This document shows, one piece after another, positions 26,308-32,400 of a stretch of DNA of 32,400 bases. The position numbers and the translations under genes are program-made. This DNA comes from a virus (Duplodnaviria > Heunggongvirae > Uroviricota > Caudoviricetes), in IMG/VR virus record IMGVR_UViG_2778261574_000008, positions 1 to 32,400 of that record; one strand, given 5' to 3'. The notes beneath the pieces are model-generated. The model saw only the letters and a list, made by a program, of their open reading frames with translations. It was not told the DNA's origin and made no database searches. The first letter of the stretch is position 1. Each line of letters starts with the position of its first letter.

Positions 26308-27726
26308 ATGCCGATTCAGCAACTTCCGCTTATGAAAGGTGTCGGCAAAGACTTTCGAAACGCCGACTATATCGACTATCTGCCAGTGAATATGTTGGCT
26401 ACACCCAAAGAAATCCTCAACAGCAGCGGATATCTTCGCTCATTCCCGGGCATTGCCAAACGTTCTGATGTGAACGGTATATCGCGCGGCGTCGAGTACA
26501 ACATGGCGCAGAGTGCTGTTTATCGAGTGTGTGGTAGCAAGTTGTATAAGGGCGAAAGTGAGGTCGGTGATGTTGCCGGAAGTGGTCGCGTATCAATGGC
26601 GCATGGTCGGACATCACAGGCGGTAGGCGTTAATGGTCAACTGGTCGAGTATCGCTATGATGGCACGGTTAAAACCGTCTCAAACTGGCCTGCAGACAGT
26701 GGATTTACTCAGTATGAGTTAGGTTCAGTCCGCGACATTACACGCTTACGTGGGCGTTATGCGTGGTCAAAAGACGGCACTGATTCATGGTTTATCACTG
26801 ACCTTGAAGACGAATCGCATCCTGACCGATACAGCGCACAATATCGTGCTGAGTCTCAGCCTGACGGCATCATTGGCATCGGAACATGGCGAGACTTCAT
26901 CGTCTGCTTTGGTTCATCGACGATTGAATATTTCTCCCTGACTGGTGCAACCACCGTTGGTGCCGCTTTGTATGTTGCACAACCATCGCTGATGGTGCAG
27001 AAAGGTATTGCCGGAACCTATTGCAAAACGCCATTCGCTGATTCCTATGCGTTCATCAGCAATCCGGCAACAGGTGCTCCGTCTGTATACATCATCGCCT
27101 CCGGTCAGGTATCACCAATCGCCAGCGCGAGCATTGAGAAAATACTACGCTCCTACACTGCTGATGAACTGGCTGATGGCGTGATGGAATCGTTGCGGTT
27201 TGATGCTCATGAGTTGCTGATTATTCACCTGCCGCGCCATGTTCTTGTTTACGACGCATCTTCAAGCGCCAATGGTCCGCAATGGTGTGTGTTGAAAACA
27301 GGCCTGTATGACGATGTGTACCGCGCTATCGACTTCATTTACGAAGGCAACCAAATAACGTGCGGCGATAAGCTTGAATCGATGACAGGGAAATTGCAGT
27401 TCGATATCAGCAGCCAGTACGACAAGCAACAGGAACACCTGCTGTTTACTCCGTTGTTCAAAGCAGATAACGCCAGAGTTTTCGACCTTGAAGTTGAGTC
27501 GTCAACTGGCGTTGCGCAGTACGCCGACCGCTTGTTCCTTTCTGCAACCACTGACGGCATCAATTACGGGCGTGAGCAGATGATTGAGCAGAATGAACCG
27601 TTCGTTTACGACAAACGTGTTTTGTGGAAGCGAGTAGGGCGCATCAGGAAAAATGTCGGCTTCAAATTGCGCATTATCACGAAGTCACCTGTCACTCTGT
27701 CTGGCTGCCAGATAAGGATCGAGTAA
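26308..27726 (+). CDS. Tail accessory factor / head-completion protein, P22 gp10-like
   Basis: 472 aa, highly similar throughout to P22 gp10 by recollection ([37 protein letters not shown]...). Confidence 0.85.
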   Translation: MPIQQLPLMKGVGKDFRNADYIDYLPVNMLATPKEILNSSGYLRSFPGIAKRSDVNGISRGVEYNMAQSAVYRVCGSKLYKGESEVGDVAGSGRVSMAHGRTSQAVGVNGQLVEYRYDGTVKTVSNWPADSGFTQYELGSVRDITRLRGRYAWSKDGTDSWFITDLEDESHPDRYSAQYRAESQPDGIIGIGTWRDFIVCFGSSTIEYFSLTGATTVGAALYVAQPSLMVQKGIAGTYCKTPFADSYAFISNPATGAPSVYIIASGQVSPIASASIEKILRSYTADELADGVMESLRFDAHELLIIHLPRHVLVYDASSSANGPQWCVLKTGLYDDVYRAIDFIYEGNQITCGDKLESMTGKLQFDISSQYDKQQEHLLFTPLFKADNARVFDLEVESSTGVAQYADRLFLSATTDGINYGREQMIEQNEPFVYDKRVLWKRVGRIRKNVGFKLRIITKSPVTLSGCQIRIE

Positions 27727-28427
27727 TGGCTGATTCGAATCTCAATGTGCCGGTAATCATTCAGGCTACACGGCTCGACACATCAATCCTTCCACGCAAT
27801 ATATTCAGCCAGTCTTACCTGCTGTATGTCATTAATCAGGGGGCTGATGTCGGCGCAATTGCCGGGAAGGCAAATCAGGCTGGTCAGGGCGCTTACGATG
27901 CTCAGGTGAAAAACGATGAACAGGATGTCGAACTGGCTGATCACGACGCAAGAATCACCGCAAACACAAAAGCGATAAATCTCCTTGAGGTCAGGTTAAC
28001 AACTGCCGAAGGGAAGATAGTCGTACTGCGTAGCGATGTTGATTACTTGCTGGATGAGGTTATCGATATTCAGGCGCATCTGGTCACTGTTGACCAAAGA
28101 CTGGATGACGTAGAAAACGATGTCTCTGGCATTAAGAGTGATTACGTATCGAAAACCGTAACCGAATTGCAGTCTCTTGCGTCACCGCTGGATGTAAAAA
28201 CATCATATTCAGTTGATGGAATTCAGGTTGTTGGAGCAAGAAATACCGGATGGACTGCAGCCACAGGTACGCCACTTCTTGGCTCATTCAACGCTAACCA
28301 GTCATACACGGTCGGCACTACGTACACACAATCCGAAGTCGCAGCTCTCGCTACAGGTTTGCAGCAGGCGCGGCAGCGTACTCTGGCGCTTGAAACAGCA
28401 CTTAGATTACATGGGCTGATTGACTGA
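27726..28427 (+). CDS. Tail needle protein, P22 gp26-like
   Basis: 233 aa from [18 protein letters not shown] (TAATG overlap with gp10); trimeric coiled-coil heptads; conserved N- and C-termini relative to P22 gp26. Confidence 0.85.
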   Translation: MADSNLNVPVIIQATRLDTSILPRNIFSQSYLLYVINQGADVGAIAGKANQAGQGAYDAQVKNDEQDVELADHDARITANTKAINLLEVRLTTAEGKIVVLRSDVDYLLDEVIDIQAHLVTVDQRLDDVENDVSGIKSDYVSKTVTELQSLASPLDVKTSYSVDGIQVVGARNTGWTAATGTPLLGSFNANQSYTVGTTYTQSEVAALATGLQQARQRTLALETALRLHGLID

Positions 28428-28882
28428 TGATTACATTCAAACCAACGCGAAACATCGACCTGATCGAAGCAGTAGGAAATCACCCTGACATCATCGCCGG
28501 GAGCAACAACGGTGATGGATACGACTACAAGCCTGAATGCCGTTACTTTGAGGTGAACGTGCACGGGCAGTTCGGCGGCATTGTTTACTATCAGGAGATT
28601 CAGCCGCTTACATTCGATTGCCACGCCATGTACCTGCCAGAGATTCGCGGATTCAGCAAGGAAATCGGGCTGGCGTTCTGGCGATACATTCTGACTAACA
28701 CCACCGTTCAGTGCGTCACATCGTTCGCTGCACGCAAATTCCGCCACGGGCAGATGTACTGCGCAATGATTGGCCTTAAGCGTGTAGGAACCATCAAGAA
28801 ATACTTCAAAGGCGTGGATGACGTGACGTTTTACAGCGCCACACGCGAAGAACTAATCGACTTCCTGAATCACGGGAGATAG
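28427..28882 (+). CDS. P22 gp14-position protein (function unclear)
   Basis: 151 aa between the needle and ejection-protein genes, as gene 14 in P22. Confidence 0.55.
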   Translation: MITFKPTRNIDLIEAVGNHPDIIAGSNNGDGYDYKPECRYFEVNVHGQFGGIVYYQEIQPLTFDCHAMYLPEIRGFSKEIGLAFWRYILTNTTVQCVTSFAARKFRHGQMYCAMIGLKRVGTIKKYFKGVDDVTFYSATREELIDFLNHGR

Positions 28883-28884
28883 CC

Positions 28885-29577
28885 ATGTTATATGCATTTA
28901 AGCTGGGCAGAAAACTGCGCGGCGAGGAACCTTATTGCCCTGAAAAGGGTGGGAAAGGTGGCAGTTCTGATAAAAGCGCAAAGTATGCCGCAGAAGCTCA
29001 GAAGTATGCAGCAGACCTGCAAAATCAGCAGTTCAACACCATCATGAACAACCTGAAGCCGTTTACTCCTCTGGCTGATAAGTATGTCGGAAGCCTCGAA
29101 AACTTATCGTCTCTGGAGGGGCAAGGTCAGGCGCTTAACCAGTATTACAACTCTCAGCAGTACAAAGATCTTGCTGGTCAGGCTCGCTATCAGAGTCTGG
29201 CGGCAGCGGAAGCAACAGGTGGATTGGGTTCCACCGCAACCAGTAATCAGTTAGCAACAATCGCACCAACGCTTGGTCAGCAATGGCTATCTGGTCAGAT
29301 GAACAACTACCAGAATCTGGCAAATATTGGTCTTGGCGCACTGCAAGGTCAGGCAAACGCCGGGCAGACATATGCCAACAACATGAGTCAGATTTCGCAG
29401 CAAAGTGCGGCTCTTGCAGCGGCAAATGCCAACAGACCATCAGCAATGCAATCTGCTATTGGCGGAGGTGCGTCTGGTGCTATTGCTGGGGCCGGACTTG
29501 CGAAATTAATTGGTTCATCAACTCCGTGGGGGGCTGCGATCGGCGGCGGTCTTGGTCTGCTTGGCTCGTTGTTTTAA
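28885..29577 (+). CDS. Ejection (internal virion) protein, P22 gp7-like
   Basis: 230 aa, Gln/Ala/Gly-rich with a Gly-rich hydrophobic C-terminus; position after gene 14. Confidence 0.7.
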   Translation: MLYAFKLGRKLRGEEPYCPEKGGKGGSSDKSAKYAAEAQKYAADLQNQQFNTIMNNLKPFTPLADKYVGSLENLSSLEGQGQALNQYYNSQQYKDLAGQARYQSLAAAEATGGLGSTATSNQLATIAPTLGQQWLSGQMNNYQNLANIGLGALQGQANAGQTYANNMSQISQQSAALAAANANRPSAMQSAIGGGASGAIAGAGLAKLIGSSTPWGAAIGGGLGLLGSLF

Positions 29578-29587
29578 GGAGTAATCA

Positions 29588-31003
29588 ATGGCTACGTGGC
29601 AACAGGGTATTAATTCTGGTGGTTTTCTGGCTGGCATCGGTACGCAAAATGAGAATGCGCCAAAGGCAAGCGACATTAACGCAACGCTTGGTCTGATCCG
29701 CGAAAACAATGAACTGGCTCGCTCAGGTGCAAATAACGTTGGTCTGACCGCGTTACGTGGTCTGGCTGGAGTTGCTGATATTTACAATCAGGAACAGCAA
29801 CAGAAAGCGATTAGTGCGTTCAATAAGGTTCACGCTGATGCATGGGCTTCTGGTGATCCATCGGGACTATTTAAGTTTGCCCAGGAAAATCCAGCGTTTG
29901 TTGCACAGGCACAACAGGCGTTTTCCGGTCTTAATGATCAGCAACGCAACGATATGGGCGATTTAGCCATGAGGGCTAACGTCGCTCTTTCTCAGGGACC
30001 GGAAGCCTACAGTAAATTCATTACTGACAACAAGGACAGGTTAAATCGCGTGGGGGCGAATGCTGACTGGATGATTCAGACAGGTATCCAGAATCCAGAG
30101 CAGCTATCACACATGTTGACTACTATGTCTCTCGGTGCGCTTGGACCAGAAAAGGCGTTTGCTGTTCAGGACAAGATGGCTGGTCGTGAAATTGACCGAG
30201 GCAAACTTGCAGAGACAATCCGCAGCAATCAGGCTGGAGAAGCACTTCAGGCGAGAGGGCAAAACCTTTCCTATCAGTCAGCAATGACTGGACACAATAT
30301 CGCAGCACAACGCTTGGCTCTGGATCAGCAAGAGTTCGGGTTTAAGATGCAGCAAGCACAGGAAAAGGCTCAGCAGTTGATTAGCGAAGCACCTAAGCTG
30401 TCAGTAAACATGGAAAAAGGCATCGAGACGGCTGTAAACAATGCTACAGCATCATCAAACTCAGCCAATTCCATGAGTGCGCTTGCTCAACAGTTCAGAG
30501 CAGAAAAACCAACGACAGGTTTGTTCGGTAACGCACAGAACATGTTCGCAAAACTTACCGGAAGCGATACAACATTGCGTGATTTGCGCATCCGCCAAAA
30601 TGCCCTTGTTAACAGTCAGGTTCTTAAATTCCTACCTCCCGGCCCCGCAACGGATAAAGACGTTGAGATCGTTCGGCAGGGTGCACCAACTGACATGGAT
30701 AACCCTGAGACGGTCGCAAGATGGCTTGATGCGATGGCAAACCTTGAGCGACGAAACGCGCAGTTTAATGAGTTTAAAGCCGAGTGGATGAGCGCGAATG
30801 GCAATCCAGGACAATCGCGTAATGGCGGTCAGATATTGGGGTTGGATGTTAAAAAAGGTGAATCATTGGGGAGTGCCGTTAAGCGGTATATGTCAATGAA
30901 TACTGACGCAGCGCCAGCACAAGATTCGACACCTTCAGGAGAACCACGGAATCAGGTTGGGTCATATACCTCAAAATCAGGCATTCAATTTACGGTGGAA
31001 TGA
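29588..31003 (+). CDS. Ejection (internal virion) protein, P22 gp20-like
   Basis: 471 aa, Gln/Ala-rich, position and size as P22 gp20. Confidence 0.7.
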   Translation: MATWQQGINSGGFLAGIGTQNENAPKASDINATLGLIRENNELARSGANNVGLTALRGLAGVADIYNQEQQQKAISAFNKVHADAWASGDPSGLFKFAQENPAFVAQAQQAFSGLNDQQRNDMGDLAMRANVALSQGPEAYSKFITDNKDRLNRVGANADWMIQTGIQNPEQLSHMLTTMSLGALGPEKAFAVQDKMAGREIDRGKLAETIRSNQAGEALQARGQNLSYQSAMTGHNIAAQRLALDQQEFGFKMQQAQEKAQQLISEAPKLSVNMEKGIETAVNNATASSNSANSMSALAQQFRAEKPTTGLFGNAQNMFAKLTGSDTTLRDLRIRQNALVNSQVLKFLPPGPATDKDVEIVRQGAPTDMDNPETVARWLDAMANLERRNAQFNEFKAEWMSANGNPGQSRNGGQILGLDVKKGESLGSAVKRYMSMNTDAAPAQDSTPSGEPRNQVGSYTSKSGIQFTVE

Positions 31004-32400
31004 TGAAAGTAACTGCAAACGGTAAGACATTTACCTTTCCTGATGGTACGAGCACCGAAGATATTGGCACCGCCATTGATGAGTATTTTGCTGGTCAGGC
31101 TGTTCAGCAACAAACAGTTAATCAGGCCAATAATGCACCAACACGGGAAGAACCATCATTGATGCAACAAGCTGGTGATTGGCTCACAGGTGGTAAAAGT
31201 GCAGGGCAAATTGCAGAACAGGCTGGTCGTGGTCTGGTAAACATACCATTTGACGTATTGCAGGGTGGCGCAAGTCTGATTAATGCAATCAGCCAGGGGC
31301 TTGGCGGCCCCAAGGTTTTGGATGATGTTTATCGCCCTGTCGAGCGACCGACAGACCCTTATGCGCAAGCTGGAGAAACAATTGGCGGGTATTTAGTTCC
31401 AGGAGTTGGAACGGCAGGAAGCATGGCTATTGGATCACTGGCAGAGGCCGCAAATCAGAAAGGCGATTTCGCACAAAATGCAGCTAAAAATGCCGGAGTT
31501 AACCTTGCCGCTCAGGGTGTTCTTTCCGCAGCAGCAAAGGGAATAGGGCGTGGAATAACGGCTATAAAAGGTGATATTGCGCCAGAAGTGGCGAAGAAAA
31601 TTGCCACATCAGAATCGATGGGCGTGACACCAATGACATCTGATGTTATCCCGCCGAAAAATGCTTTCACTCGCGGACTTACTCAGGATGCTGAGGGGGC
31701 TTTGCTCGGGACAGGCTCAAAGCGAGCTGAGCAATATGCAACGCGTAGTAAGCTGGTAAGCAATTATTTTGACCGTTTTGGTGAGTACAACCCTGATGAT
31801 GTGGTGAAATCTCTTACCACCACGTTAAGGGGGCGGAAGGATGCCGCTGGCGCTGTTATCAATGACGTCACCAATAAAATGGGTAATGCCGCAGTTGATA
31901 CCACAAATACCATGAATGCTCTGAATACAGCGATCGCAAGACAGGAACGGCTTGGGACGTCTGCCAATCAAAGCCTGCTTACATCCTTGCGTAACCTACG
32001 TGAAGAATTAGCAAACCCTGCAACTGATTTGGATGTTACGTTTGATCTCTTGCGTCAGCACAGAACAGCATTTAGATCTAATGTTCAGGGAGATGCTATG
32101 GTCTTCCCCAACCAGGCAAAAGCAGCTACCAATATGGTAGAGAATGCAATGTCAAAAGACCTTCGTAACGCAGTTGCTAAAAACCTCGGTGCATCAGACG
32201 CAGCAAAATACCTTAAAGCAAATTCCGATTATGCAAACGTTTATAATAAGGTGCTTAATAAAAACATTGCCAACAAGCTCAACAAGGCAAGCAGTGAAGC
32301 CAGTCCTGAACTTATAAATACCGTTGTATTAAGCAGAAAACCATCTGACGTGAAACGAATCTGGAGCGCACTGGATGATAAGGGGAAAGATGCTATGTGA
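31000..32400 (+). CDS. Ejection (internal virion / DNA transfer) protein, P22 gp16-position
   Basis: 466-aa ORF overlapping the gp20 stop; the stop codon coincides with the last 3 bases of the window. Shorter than P22 gp16 as I recall it (about 600 aa). Confidence 0.65.
   Translation: MMKVTANGKTFTFPDGTSTEDIGTAIDEYFAGQAVQQQTVNQANNAPTREEPSLMQQAGDWLTGGKSAGQIAEQAGRGLVNIPFDVLQGGASLINAISQGLGGPKVLDDVYRPVERPTDPYAQAGETIGGYLVPGVGTAGSMAIGSLAEAANQKGDFAQNAAKNAGVNLAAQGVLSAAAKGIGRGITAIKGDIAPEVAKKIATSESMGVTPMTSDVIPPKNAFTRGLTQDAEGALLGTGSKRAEQYATRSKLVSNYFDRFGEYNPDDVVKSLTTTLRGRKDAAGAVINDVTNKMGNAAVDTTNTMNALNTAIARQERLGTSANQSLLTSLRNLREELANPATDLDVTFDLLRQHRTAFRSNVQGDAMVFPNQAKAATNMVENAMSKDLRNAVAKNLGASDAAKYLKANSDYANVYNKVLNKNIANKLNKASSEASPELINTVVLSRKPSDVKRIWSALDDKGKDAM

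Larger units (their letters stand above)
1690..32400. mobile_element. Mosaic lambdoid / P22-like (Sf6/HK620/KplE1-type) prophage, right-hand part continuing past the window end
   Basis: Contiguous phage gene order: xis, early-left genes, c2-cro-c1, replication, nin, Q, lysis, terminase, portal, scaffold, coat, gp4/10/26/14/7/20/16. Left boundary set at the att-like core. Confidence 0.85.

Noticed and set aside
1-32400. CRISPR array, IS element or transposon
   Set aside because: No regularly spaced direct repeats and no transposase-like ORF or terminal inverted repeats were seen.

Overview
Almost the whole window is one mosaic lambdoid prophage with a P22-like (Sf6/HK620/KplE1-type) virion module; I found no clearly novel multi-gene system, only several accessory loci worth follow-up. 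All identifications are from reading the translations and DNA by eye and from recalled family knowledge; no database search was run.

Layout, left to right:
- 1-1248: a host LacY-family sugar permease, most likely sucrose permease CscB.
- ~1690-1704: a 15-bp match to the 3' end of a tRNA-Arg gene, read as the prophage attR core, followed by a 66-aa TorI/AlpA-type excisionase. No integrase lies next to it; it is expected at the far end, outside the window.
- 2122-7491 (minus strand): the leftward early operon with Lar-like, Ead/Ea22-like, Erf, an SSB-like protein, cIII-like and a phage-21-type N antiterminator, plus many small unknown ORFs.
- 7802-9328: P22-type immunity region (c2, cro, c1) with nutL, nutR and operator-bearing pL and pR.
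- 9500-12348: an O-like initiator with an internal iteron origin, then a Toprim primase-helicase fusion.
- 12426-15701: lambda-type nin region (NinB, Dam-like methyltransferase, NinE, F, G, H, NinI phosphatase) and a Q antiterminator that is not lambda-type.
- 16298-17515: lambda-type lysis cassette (S, R, Rz with embedded Rz1).
- 17720-19312: a Rha-family moron and small ORFs.
- 19336-32400: P22-order morphogenesis genes (TerS, TerL, portal, scaffold, coat, gp4, gp10, gp26, gp14, gp7, gp20, gp16-like). The tailspike, immI region and integrase would lie beyond the right edge.

No tRNA gene, rRNA, CRISPR array or IS element was recognised.
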